The position numbers were made by a program, and so were the translations under genes. DNA of 64,000 bases from Pelagomonas calceolata (taxonomy: Eukaryota), in the NCBI GenBank assembly GCA_918797485.1, contig CAKKNE010000002.1, positions 5,208,001 to 5,272,000 on the forward strand, given 5' to 3'. The notes beneath the pieces are model-generated. The model saw only the letters and a program-made list of their open reading frames with translations. It made no database searches and had not been told where the DNA came from. This document shows, in pieces, positions 1 through 9,192 of the stretch (positions are counted from its first letter, which is position 1; each line of letters opens with the position of its first letter).

Positions 1-408
1 AAGCCGTACTCTTTCGAGCACGAAGCTCGCGCTTTTCTATTTGTGCCACCGGCGGCGATTGTGGATGTGCTGTACGCGCTCATGTGCTGCTCTGACGTGG
101 TTAGAGTCGTCTGCCGTGTACATAGTTATGGCAGGTGCACGGAAGCGTGTTTGCCGCCGCTCGTCGACGAGCGGCCGCCGACGCTCGTCCTCGTCGACGA
201 GGACGACGCTCTAACTTGCGCGGCAGAGCACGTCGACCACGTCGAGGCCTTCCCGCGCACGACGGTCGTCCGCGCGCGCGGCTTCCACGGCACCTGGCTC
301 CTCAACCCGCGGCTCGTCGAGGCCGTCGAGTCGTGGGCGGCTCAAGTCGACGCCGACGAGGCCGCCGTCGACGCCATCCTCGCGCCCGCACGCTTCGGCG
401 CGCGATGA
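1..408 (+). CDS. 3' part of a hypothetical protein, 5'-truncated by the window
   Basis: Frame 1 is open from base 1 to TGA at 406-408 with GC3-rich codons; an AT-rich stretch follows. Confidence 0.55.
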   Translation, partial: KPYSFEHEARAFLFVPPAAIVDVLYALMCCSDVVRVVCRVHSYGRCTEACLPPLVDERPPTLVLVDEDDALTCAAEHVDHVEAFPRTTVVRARGFHGTWLLNPRLVEAVESWAAQVDADEAAVDAILAPARFGAR

Positions 409-1305
409 ACATTGTGTGTATAAGCTACTATGTAATCTTTCAATAACGAGCCCGCGTTGCTCGTCGGTCAGCTGCTCGAGGAACAGCGACGTGCTGGTAT
501 CCGCGACATCTGGGCACTGCTGGTGCTCCGCGCGCAGCGCGCCGCCCGACGGGCAGGCGGAGAAGCACGGCGTCGCCAGCGCGTCGATCTCGTCGTCCAC
601 CGACGGCGCGAGGCCGAACTTGAAACTACAGGAAAGCGTCTCGTAGTCCGGCTCGATGCGCATGGGCACGCCCATGTCGCCATTAAACAAATCTTGGGTC
701 GGGAACTTGCACGCGTTCACGCAGACCGACGCGCAGCCCGACTGCTCGAGGAAGCGGCACCGTTTGACGTAGACTAATTGATTCGCGCCATCACCCACCT
801 CCGGCGTTTCCTCGAGATCCCTTAATTCAAGAGGGCCCATCAGCCAGCCGCCGGCGGCCCACGTCACCTTCGCGTTGAGCTTTGCGGAGAATTCGGGGAA
901 TGGCTTCGCAAATAACTGAGTGAACCACCACAGCAGGCCGGGCTGCTCGACACTTGGCAACGTCGGAGGCCAGTCCGGGAACAGGCCCCGCAGCACGCCT
1001 CTAGCTCGCACGCGCGTCGCGGCGGCGCTTCTAGGTTCCACTGCGACCAATTTCTGGGCGAGGTTGATGATGCCCTCGAAGCCCGGCGTGTTGTCGTCGC
1101 CGCCCGCTTCCCTCGCGAGGGACCTGCGGAAGGCGCTCTCGCATGCGAGGTCGACCAGCCTCCCTAGCGGGCCCGCGTCCGATGCGTACCACTTCGCTTG
1201 TGGATCGGCGTCGGGCGGCGGCCACTTTGGCGATGGGGACCGTAGCGTGGGCGGTTTGCGCAGTGTTTGCACCGCCGCCGCCGTCGTGAGCAGTGCGATG
1301 ATCAT
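211..1305 (-). CDS. D27: Beta-carotene isomerase D27-like (DUF4033) protein with N-terminal signal peptide
   Basis: WLMGP...VKRCRFLEQSGCASVCVNACKFPTQDLF...MGVPMRIEPDYETLSCSFKFG Cys motif typical of D27; hydrophobic N-terminus MIIALLTTAAAV. The 3' end is uncertain because it overlaps the convergent ORF. Confidence 0.85.
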   Translation of the reverse strand: MIIALLTTAAAVQTLRKPPTLRSPSPKWPPPDADPQAKWYASDAGPLGRLVDLACESAFRRSLAREAGGDDNTPGFEGIINLAQKLVAVEPRSAAATRVRARGVLRGLFPDWPPTLPSVEQPGLLWWFTQLFAKPFPEFSAKLNAKVTWAAGGWLMGPLELRDLEETPEVGDGANQLVYVKRCRFLEQSGCASVCVNACKFPTQDLFNGDMGVPMRIEPDYETLSCSFKFGLAPSVDDEIDALATPCFSACPSGGALRAEHQQCPDVADTSTSLFLEQLTDEQRGLVIERLHSSLYTQCSSRAEACGREDGVDGGLVGVDLSRPRLDGLDEPRVEEPGAVEAARADDRRAREGLDVVDVLCRAS

Positions 1306-1511
1306 CGTTTCTTAGTTTTGATGGCGCCCTTCTTGAACATCCTTTTCATGCGCGCTTGCTGCGCGAGGTCGCGGGCCGGGCTGAATTTAGCTTTTACCCA
1401 CTCCAGTAGTACTAATGTGAGGCCGATGAAGATGATGCTGCTGATGCGGTGTTCCCGGGCGAACTCTAAGACCTCATCGGCGTCGAACGTAAACGCATCT
1501 ATCTTCGGCAT
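1302..1511 (-). CDS. Small single-pass membrane protein (69 aa)
   Basis: ATG at 1511, hydrophobic segment ISSIIFIGLTLVLLEWV, basic tail; its TGA overlaps the D27 ATG (ATGA). Confidence 0.6.
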   Translation of the reverse strand: MPKIDAFTFDADEVLEFAREHRISSIIFIGLTLVLLEWVKAKFSPARDLAQQARMKRMFKKGAIKTKKR

Positions 1512-1790
1512 CTGCTAATGGCCTCGATCTCGAGCTACTCCTCCGCGACTTTGCGCGCCTCGCGTCGCCGCGCAGCAGAGCTCTGGCTGCAGCGCCTAGC
1601 TTTGGTTGGCTGGGCCCTTCCTGTCGACTCGCAGGCTTGCCAAGTCTAGGTTGCGTGAACCCCGCTCTCGAAAGGCCAGAGTTTTGGCAACTCTGTATCG
1701 GGGGAGGGCTCGTAATAGCTACCAAGCAAGCTTGGCTCGGGCAAGTTATCTAGCGTGTCACACACTAGCAGACTTTTTTATGTGTTTGAC

Positions 1791-2981
1791 TTATGGCTCC
1801 GGCTGCTCCGGCGCCGCGTCGTCGGCCGCCGCCTCGGGCTCCGACGGCTCCTCAGGCGCCGGTTCGACAGGCTCCTCGGGGGACGCCTCCTCCGGCGCCG
1901 GGGCCGGCTCCTCGGGCGCCGGCGCAGGCGGCTCGGCGGCCGCGGGAGCGGGCGCGGCCGCAGGCGCGTCGGCCGCGACCGGAGCGGGCGCGTCGGCCGG
2001 CGCCGGCGGCACGGCCTCCGCGACGGCGGCCGCCGACGAAGGCCTCTCCACGGGCGGGTCGGCTTCGGGCGTCTCGACGAGGGCCGCGTTCGTCTTGGCG
2101 GGCGGCGTCGTGGGGTGGAGCCGCTCGTTCCTCCCGCGGATGCGCGCCTGCAGTTTGGCAGCGGCGGCGTCGGTCTCCTCGCCGGCCTCCGGGAGCGCGT
2201 CGGTCGGCTCTTCTGGAGACGGCTCCTCGGGCGCCGGCGACGGTTCTTCTGGAGACGGCTCTTCCGGCGACGGCTCCTCGGGCGCCGGCTCCGCGACCGC
2301 TTTTGTCGGCGGCGCCGTCGGGTTCAAACGCTCGTTCCGGCCCCTAATCCGCGCCTGCAATTTCGCCGCAGCTAAGTCGGTCTCCTCGTTATCAATGCCG
2401 GGCGTGATGCCGCAGGAGAAGGCCGCGACGAACTGTTCTGCACTTTCAATACCTCTCAAAGCGCGACTCGCCCAAGCGAGGAACTCCTTCTTCGAAATAA
2501 CATCAGGATTGCCCTGCGGCGGGATGGCCTGGTCGAAGGCCGCATCACTAATAATTTCCGTGGCGTCGTCGTCGGGCTCATCCTGGAGGCCTCGGATCGC
2601 GTTCGCCGCGCGCAACGAACAGAGCAGTAGAATCGTGAGCTCGTCCCTGGAAATCTGGCCCCGCGCGTCAAAGTCAAAGATGTCAAATATTCTGGCAGCC
2701 GCTGCTTCTCCATTTTCCTCGCCCGCGATGCAGGCACCACTTAGTAAGGCAAGGGCGTTCACGAGCTTCCGCTCGCGAGGATCATTTTTGGCCAGCGACT
2801 CCACGAGCTGGACACACTGGTCCCGATCCAAGCCCGTCAAGCCTTCTATCGTCGGCAGGTCGATGCCGAAGTCCAAATCGCGCTCCTTGTAGGACCGCAC
2901 GAGCTCCTCCGTATAACCCAGCCCCAGCGCCTGGAAGGGTGCGTAGGCGCTCTCCTCCGGGAGGGAGGCGGCGAGGCCCAT
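1791..2981 (-). CDS. EF-hand protein with two IQ-like motifs and a Pro/Glu-rich tail, possibly N-myristoylated
   Basis: Starts MGLAAS (Gly2/Ser6); EF-hand IFDIFDFDARGQISRDEL; AAAKLQARIRGRNER twice; PEEPS repeats. Confidence 0.75.
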   Translation of the reverse strand: MGLAASLPEESAYAPFQALGLGYTEELVRSYKERDLDFGIDLPTIEGLTGLDRDQCVQLVESLAKNDPRERKLVNALALLSGACIAGEENGEAAAARIFDIFDFDARGQISRDELTILLLCSLRAANAIRGLQDEPDDDATEIISDAAFDQAIPPQGNPDVISKKEFLAWASRALRGIESAEQFVAAFSCGITPGIDNEETDLAAAKLQARIRGRNERLNPTAPPTKAVAEPAPEEPSPEEPSPEEPSPAPEEPSPEEPTDALPEAGEETDAAAAKLQARIRGRNERLHPTTPPAKTNAALVETPEADPPVERPSSAAAVAEAVPPAPADAPAPVAADAPAAAPAPAAAEPPAPAPEEPAPAPEEASPEEPVEPAPEEPSEPEAAADDAAPEQPEP

Positions 2982-3320
2982 GGCTGCGCTTTGCAGCAAG
3001 GCGTCGACGGCGCGTGGTGGGCAACGCGGTAGGGAGGCCGATAATTGGGCAGCCAGTGGATGGGCGCTGGCTGGCCGAAGATGGGAGCGCGCGCGCCGTA
3101 CACGCACCTCTTGACCCGTAGGGCAGGGCGGGGACGGATGCGCAGAGGCCTGCAGTGCGTCGCGAAAACTAGTATGTGTCGATACGCTAGGTTATTATGC
3201 CCGCGCCGCCGAGTCGCATAGTCTAATAACCGCTGCGGTCAAGCGCGCTTACCGCGGAGGTGTGGGAAAAAGTTTTGCGTTACCCGCCAGTCGCCGCGGC
3301 CGAAAGCGCAGCGCAAACAA

Positions 3321-4121
3321 ATGGCAGCGCTCGGAGTTTCAGGGTTCGCCCCCGCGGCCTCCCTGCCGCTGCGCGGCGCCGACGAGGCGCCGGCCTGCGG
3401 ACGGGCCCAGGCGCCGGACGCCCAGAAATTGAGACAAGCTCAAGCCCCGCCCGGCCCGACGACGGCGGGCCCGTTGGAACACCGCTTCGAGCCCTACGAT
3501 TTCAACGGTGGTACTACATTAGCCATCTCCGGCAAGGACTTTGCGGTGGTGGCCGCGGACACTAGAATGAGCACCGGCTACAATATTATGACGAGAAAGT
3601 GTTCCAAGCTCAACGCACTAGGACCGAACACGGTGCTGGCGTCCGCCGGGTGCCAGACGGACGTGGTCTGCCTAGTGGACGTCTTACGTACCAAACAAAA
3701 AATGTACTTCCACCAGACGGGAAGCCACATGTCCACGCCCGCCGTCGCGCAGATGCTAGGAAATACTTTATACTACAAGCGCTTCTTTCCCTACTACGCG
3801 TTCAACGTGCTGGCCGGCGTCGACAAGGAGGGCCGCGGGGCCGTGTATTCGTACGACGCCATTGGTAGCTTCGAGCGCGTCCCCTTTTCAGCGAGTGGGA
3901 GCGGCCAGTCCTACGTGATACCTCTACTGGACAACATCGTGACCTTCAAGAACCGGCTGGACGAGAAGCCCGAGCTCACGGCGGACTACGCCGTGTCGAT
4001 CGCGAAGGAGGCCTTCGTGAGCGCGGGCGAGCGCGACATCTACACGGGCGACGCGGTCGAGATCGTCGTCATCACGAAGGAGGGGATGACGTCCGAGACC
4101 TTCCCGCTGAAGAAGGATTAG
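3321..4121 (+). CDS. PSMB1: 20S proteasome subunit beta type-1 (beta6)
   Basis: [49 protein letters not shown]-terminal LKKD. Confidence 0.96.
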   Translation: MAALGVSGFAPAASLPLRGADEAPACGRAQAPDAQKLRQAQAPPGPTTAGPLEHRFEPYDFNGGTTLAISGKDFAVVAADTRMSTGYNIMTRKCSKLNALGPNTVLASAGCQTDVVCLVDVLRTKQKMYFHQTGSHMSTPAVAQMLGNTLYYKRFFPYYAFNVLAGVDKEGRGAVYSYDAIGSFERVPFSASGSGQSYVIPLLDNIVTFKNRLDEKPELTADYAVSIAKEAFVSAGERDIYTGDAVEIVVITKEGMTSETFPLKKD

Positions 4122-4359
4122 TCGAAGTAACGTATCTTATCAATAATAAGCTGGTGGCCGCGCATCGACGTGTGGAGATACGTGTGGGCCGTCGCATCGA
4201 CTCGCACGTGCCGTCGCAACGCGTGGCGCCCGGACCACGTCCCGGACCAGGCGGGCGGCAGGCGCAGTGGGCCCGCAGGGTCGCGTCACCTGTCGCGTCG
4301 CGACGGCGGCGGCGCGGCGGCAGCGGCGGGGCTAGACTCTAGAGTGACTCTAGAGGCGG

Positions 4360-4741
4360 CTAGGTTGGCATTAACCGGTTAATAACCGGTAATTTACCCA
4401 TTATCACTCCTCGGAGGGGATCTGGGGTAAATAACCCGGTAAATTACCCGACGGGTTTTCGACTAAACCCGTTTAGTGCGATTAGCGAAAGACCCCTCCG
4501 GGCGAGCGGATGGGCGCAAGCAGCCCGTTGAGCTTCTGGATACGTACAGGTGCGCCAAGGCAAGTACCGAGTCATGTGGCCCGGCGCGGCCCAGGCCCGC
4601 GCCAGTGGCCCGCGAGGCCCGCTCCCCCTACCCCTCTATAAGATCCCGGGGTAAATAACCCGTACTAACCGGTAATTACCCGGGTAATTACCCCCGGCCG
4701 GCGCCTGGGGTAAATAACCCCTCAGGTAAATGCCAACCTAG
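4360..4741. mobile_element. Non-autonomous DNA transposon (MITE), hAT-like by its 8-bp TSD
   Basis: 17-bp TIR CTAGGTTGGCATT(A/T)ACC at 4360-4376 and 4725-4741; perfect 8-bp TSD AGAGGCGG at 4352-4359 and 4742-4749; internal GGGGTAAATAACCC three times; AT-richer than flanks; no transposase. Confidence 0.85.
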
Positions 4742-4790
4742 AGAGGCGGCGGGGTGCCCATTTTTTTGCGCAGGACTTCGAAATAGTTAC

Positions 4791-6248
4791 TCAATCCCAC
4801 CCGAGCGAGAGCGTGGACCGCTGGCCCCGTCCTCTGATAGGTTTTGTCGGCGACGACGGCTCCGGCGGCGCAAAAGCCAAAGGCTTCGCCACGTGGGGCC
4901 GGATCGGGTCCTTCCCCGCCATCACGCTCTTCTCCGGCGCCTCCACCTCAGTAGATTCGCCAGAGACCATGAACGTCGTCGCCGCCCGATCGATGAGGTC
5001 CTGCGGCGGCGCCTCGCCGTATTCCTTCGTGTACCACTCCACGAAGTGCTGGGCCCGCGGGTCGACGGGTTCGCGTCGGGCTTCGTAGGACTTGATCTGG
5101 GATTGTAAGGACGGCTTCTCTTCCACAGTTTCCATGGCCTCCGCGGCGAGCTGCGCCGCGGCGTGCTCCAGCGCTTCGCGAGACGGCGGCTCGCCGTACT
5201 GCTGGAGGTACCAGGCCCCGAAGTGGCGCAATTTTTCGCCGATGTCGGGCTTCGGGATATCACTGACAGGTACCGTGCCGTGGAGCTGCGGAGTAGAGTC
5301 GCCGAAGACGCCGCGGTCGGCCTCGTCGCGCTCGAAGCCCTGGCGGCGCACGCCTCTAGGTCTATCCTCTTGCGTCGGCGGCTCTCTTTCTATGACTTTG
5401 CGGCCCTGGTTTTGTGGAGGTAATTCTGCGGACAGACCACCGTCGCCCCCACCGCCAAAACCAATACAGTCTCTCTTCACATTAGAGACCATCTTGACCG
5501 CCGACGGCCGGTGCGCCCAGTCCGCAGATTCCGTTCTTTGAGGCTGGATGCCGACGCGCTTCGTGGATCGAGTCCTCAATACAAAAGACTCCGCTCTCGG
5601 ATTGCCGATGGCGTACGCATCACCTTGGGGTGCGGCTGCACAGGTGATGTCGGCCCCGAAGCTCGGCACCACGGAGCCGCCGACCCCAAAGGCCGACTTG
5701 GCCGCGTTGCTTTCCACTTTTTTGCGGCCTCTTCGCGCCGCCAGGTCGGCCTCGGAGATGGATTCCGGTCCCGTTAATCTACGAGTCCCTCGAGGTTTGA
5801 CGGGCTCGACGGGCTGATCCTCCAAATTCGTAGCAAAGGGCGACGGCCGGACGTCGCGCTTCTGGAGCCGCGACGAGGATAACGGCTTCTCCTCGCCAAG
5901 GGCCATGCTGTTGTCGGCGTTCTCCCACCTTTCGCGCTGTTGCAACGCCTTCCGGCGCCGCGTCTCCTCCGCTTCCACATCATAGACCGGCGGCGGTACT
6001 GGTTGAGGCGGCTCCACCTCCACTTGGGGGCGGGGCACGGGCTTCGGCGCCTCGTAGGGGCAGTGCGTCATGCAGGCCCAGGCGCCGAACTCGGGCGCGC
6101 CGCGCTGGCCGCCCACTAAATGCAGGGAGCCCATCTCGTGGTCGACAAAGGTCCGTTCCCGGGGCCGCGCGGCGCGCGGGCCGCCGCCCGCTGCCCTCAA
6201 ACCGCGCATGTCCTCGTAGCTCGTCGTTCCCATGCCGGGCAGCGCCAT
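4791..6248 (-). CDS. Hypothetical protein with a duplicated HFxxWYxxxYGExP motif
   Basis: Long ORF from ATG 6248 (MALPGMG); two similar ~25-aa motifs near the C-terminus. Confidence 0.7.
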   Translation of the reverse strand: MALPGMGTTSYEDMRGLRAAGGGPRAARPRERTFVDHEMGSLHLVGGQRGAPEFGAWACMTHCPYEAPKPVPRPQVEVEPPQPVPPPVYDVEAEETRRRKALQQRERWENADNSMALGEEKPLSSSRLQKRDVRPSPFATNLEDQPVEPVKPRGTRRLTGPESISEADLAARRGRKKVESNAAKSAFGVGGSVVPSFGADITCAAAPQGDAYAIGNPRAESFVLRTRSTKRVGIQPQRTESADWAHRPSAVKMVSNVKRDCIGFGGGGDGGLSAELPPQNQGRKVIEREPPTQEDRPRGVRRQGFERDEADRGVFGDSTPQLHGTVPVSDIPKPDIGEKLRHFGAWYLQQYGEPPSREALEHAAAQLAAEAMETVEEKPSLQSQIKSYEARREPVDPRAQHFVEWYTKEYGEAPPQDLIDRAATTFMVSGESTEVEAPEKSVMAGKDPIRPHVAKPLAFAPPEPSSPTKPIRGRGQRSTLSLGWD

Positions 6249-6597
6249 CGTTGTCTTGCGGTGGCCCCAGACGAATGGGCAGCCAAGCAAACAGCCGATT
6301 TGCTGGCTAGAGGGGCTGTGGCGCTAGCGACGCGTCCGGTGAAGTCTCGGGGCACTCACTCGTGCGCGGCTCGAGGAGTTGGGGAGTGCTCTTCGCGATG
6401 CCGCACACATGCACCACTCCAAAAGCGCCTGGCTCACAACGCCATCAACGCGATTCGTGCAGATCTATCGTCTGGCGGTGTCTTCTATTGATTCTCGCCA
6501 CCGCTCAATACTTCCGATCGTCGGAGGTCGCGTTTGTTGAGCAAAAAGTGGTGCCACAAAAAGGAAAGGCTTGAAACAGCCTCCTTGAGCAGGATCC

Positions 6598-8205
6598 ATG
6601 GCGAGCAACCCGCCGTCGATCAAAGATAACCCCTTCAAACGCCTCGACGCTTTGCGAACCAAAGTTTCCGGTGTCAAGGCGCCGGCGCCGGCCGCGGCCG
6701 CGCCGCCCGTGCCGCCGCGCCGGCCGAGCGACGGGTCAGCGGCGTCTCACACCTCGACGGCATCGCCACCGGTGCCGCCTCGGCCTGCGGCCGCGCCCAA
6801 GCTCCCGCCCCGCCGCCCGAGTGCCGCGTCGTCGACGGCCTCCACCGACACGCCGGCGCGCCCGCCGCTACCGCAGCGCACGGCGTCGACGGCGTCGCAC
6901 GCGTCAACGGCGTCGCGCCGCCACTCGCTCCCCGGCCAGCCCCTGCCGCTGCCCACGACGCTCCGGACGCCGGCGACCTCGGACGACCACGAGGACCGGC
7001 CGCTCCCGCCGCTCCCGCCCGGGGCGCGGCCGGCGCTGCCCGCGCGCGCGCCAACCGTCACGCGCCACCACTCCGAGGCCAACCGGCCGCTCCCGCTGCC
7101 CGAGGAGCTACGGTCGCCGACGGCCTTCGTCACGCCCACAACGGTGGACACGTCGCCGTCACTCTCGGTGCGTGATCGCGCGGCGGCGTTTGAGAAAAAG
7201 ACGCCTTCGGTGCCCTCGCGCCCGGTGCCCTCGCGCTCCGTGTCCTCCGTCTCCGCCGCGCCGCCCCTCCCGCAACGCTCGGTCTCGGCGCTCTCCGACG
7301 CCTCGGTCTGCTGTTCGGAACCGCAATTCGCGACCGTGACCGCGACGTTCGCGCCGAGCGAGGCGTGGCAGCTCGCCGTGGCGCAAGACAGTCGCGTCGA
7401 GGTGCTCAAGGTCGAGGACGACGGCTGGGCCGAAGTGCGTTACGAGCAGGGTACGAGGGGGATGGTGCCGCGCTCGTACCTCGCGATCGACGCGCCGGCG
7501 GCGCGCCCGCCGCCGCCGCGCCCGGCCGCGCCGCTCCGCTCGGTGTCGACGCTCTCGTCGGTGACCGACGACGCCTCGGGCCAGCAGCCGCGCATGACCG
7601 CGACGGGGACGTGGTCGTCGCTCTCGTCCGTCGGCGGCCACCGCGCGTCCGTCATCGAGCGGACGGCGTCCTCCGACGCGCCCACACGCCCGCCGCTGCC
7701 ACAGCGGACGGCGTCGGCGGCCTCCGACGCTCCGCCGCTACCGCAGCGGACGGCTTCCACGACATCCGCGGACGAGCCTCCGCGGGTGCCGCCGCGGCGC
7801 ATGTCGTCGACGTCCTCCGTGGCCTCGCGCGTGTCCGCGTTCGAGGCCATTGGCCTACACGCCCCGGAACCGGCGGCGGCCGCGCCACCGAGCATGGACG
7901 GCACGCGGTGCACGGCCGTCGCAACCTTCAACGCCGTCGAGGCGCTCGGTCAGCTCTCGCTTAAGCCGGGAAGCGTCGTCATCCGCCACACCACCGACGG
8001 CGACTGGTGCGAGGTGACCGACTGTACCACGGGCAAGCGCGGGAAGGTCCCGGCGTCGGCGATCCAGGAGGTGCGCGAGACGACCGGGGCCGCCCCGCCA
8101 ACGACAACCGCGCCAGAGAAGAAGAAGGACTACACGTACTCGTCGCTCCCGTCGCTGACGGGCGGGCCGAAGCGGAAGATCTACAAGCAGCCCAAGAAGC
8201 GCTAG
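6598..8205 (+). CDS. Proline-rich adaptor protein with two SH3 domains
   Basis: WQLAVAQDSRVEVLKVEDDGWAEV...GMVPRSYL and GQLSLKPGSVVI...GDWCEV...GKVPASAI; many PPxPxR motifs. Confidence 0.85.
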   Translation: MASNPPSIKDNPFKRLDALRTKVSGVKAPAPAAAAPPVPPRRPSDGSAASHTSTASPPVPPRPAAAPKLPPRRPSAASSTASTDTPARPPLPQRTASTASHASTASRRHSLPGQPLPLPTTLRTPATSDDHEDRPLPPLPPGARPALPARAPTVTRHHSEANRPLPLPEELRSPTAFVTPTTVDTSPSLSVRDRAAAFEKKTPSVPSRPVPSRSVSSVSAAPPLPQRSVSALSDASVCCSEPQFATVTATFAPSEAWQLAVAQDSRVEVLKVEDDGWAEVRYEQGTRGMVPRSYLAIDAPAARPPPPRPAAPLRSVSTLSSVTDDASGQQPRMTATGTWSSLSSVGGHRASVIERTASSDAPTRPPLPQRTASAASDAPPLPQRTASTTSADEPPRVPPRRMSSTSSVASRVSAFEAIGLHAPEPAAAAPPSMDGTRCTAVATFNAVEALGQLSLKPGSVVIRHTTDGDWCEVTDCTTGKRGKVPASAIQEVRETTGAAPPTTTAPEKKKDYTYSSLPSLTGGPKRKIYKQPKKR

Positions 8206-8228
8206 AGTACTAGTACATACATTAACAG

Positions 8229-8990
8229 TTAGGTCATATTCCACGTGAGCGCCTCGTCGAGCGCGGAATCAACAATCTCGCCGACGTCGTCGTCGAGCAC
8301 GCAGAAGCGGATGGTCTGCGGCGCGTACTGGATCGCGGACTCCCCTTCGTCCTGCTCGAGGAGCGTCTCGATCGACGCCTGGACCGCCGGCGCCTCGGCG
8401 GCGAGGCACTCCCTCGTGGCCTCGGCGGCGACCGCCGCGGCCTCGGCGACGGGCGCGCCCCGCGTGCCGGCGCCCATCAGCGGCGTCGCGATGCGGCGCG
8501 TCGGCGGCCCGAGCGCAAATGCATTTGAGTACGCGTTGAGGAGCTGGCCGCGCCACGACAGCGACGCGTAGAACGGCGGCACCGCGAGGATCAGGCCGTC
8601 GGCGAAGGCCGCGAGCGGACCCGTCGCGATGGGCACGCGCACGGCGCCACCCGTCTTGCAGCGCACCGGGTAGTCCGCGTCGCCGCTGACGATCGGCAGG
8701 TCCGCGATCGCGCTCTCGTACGCGGCTCCGCCGAATTCCGTGACGATGCCATCGACGCTCTCGCATTGATACAGCAAGCGTTCCGCACGCGGTCGCTCGT
8801 AGTCGCGTTCTCCTATCTTCGTCGCTGCCGGCGTCGGCCCGCCCTTTGGGAAGTGCGCGAACTGCGTGCCGCACAATCGCTCGTTCGTCGGCACGATCAA
8901 TGCCGTCGACCTGGGCGGCGGCATGGTCACGACGCAGGGCGTGATCCAGAGCTCGACGCGTCCGCTGCGGTAGCGTGCTAAGCGGTGCAT
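8229..8990 (-). CDS. Macro domain-like protein
   Basis: ALIVPTNERL, VDGIV...GG, CKTGGAV, LAVPPFY...LLNAYSNAF, IATPLMGAGTRG. Confidence 0.75.
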   Translation of the reverse strand: MHRLARYRSGRVELWITPCVVTMPPPRSTALIVPTNERLCGTQFAHFPKGGPTPAATKIGERDYERPRAERLLYQCESVDGIVTEFGGAAYESAIADLPIVSGDADYPVRCKTGGAVRVPIATGPLAAFADGLILAVPPFYASLSWRGQLLNAYSNAFALGPPTRRIATPLMGAGTRGAPVAEAAAVAAEATRECLAAEAPAVQASIETLLEQDEGESAIQYAPQTIRFCVLDDDVGEIVDSALDEALTWNMT

Positions 8991-9192
8991 CCTTGACTTA
9001 TGCGTTGTCGGGCAGATGGCTAGGCATGCTTTGCTGGTCTCCTGGCCTATATCAGACACTCTACAAGCTCGTACTGCACTTTGTGCCGGCCAGAGCCTGG
9101 AGCTAGCGTAGCAACACACTAGGTTTTGAGCATGCGTATCTCCCCCCCGCCCACTTGTCCTAGCACCGTAACAGACTCTTCTTTGAATTCTC

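Noticed and set aside
1606..2892. 428-aa Gly/Ser/Ala-rich plus-strand ORF
   Set aside because: Antisense shadow of the EF-hand/IQ gene.
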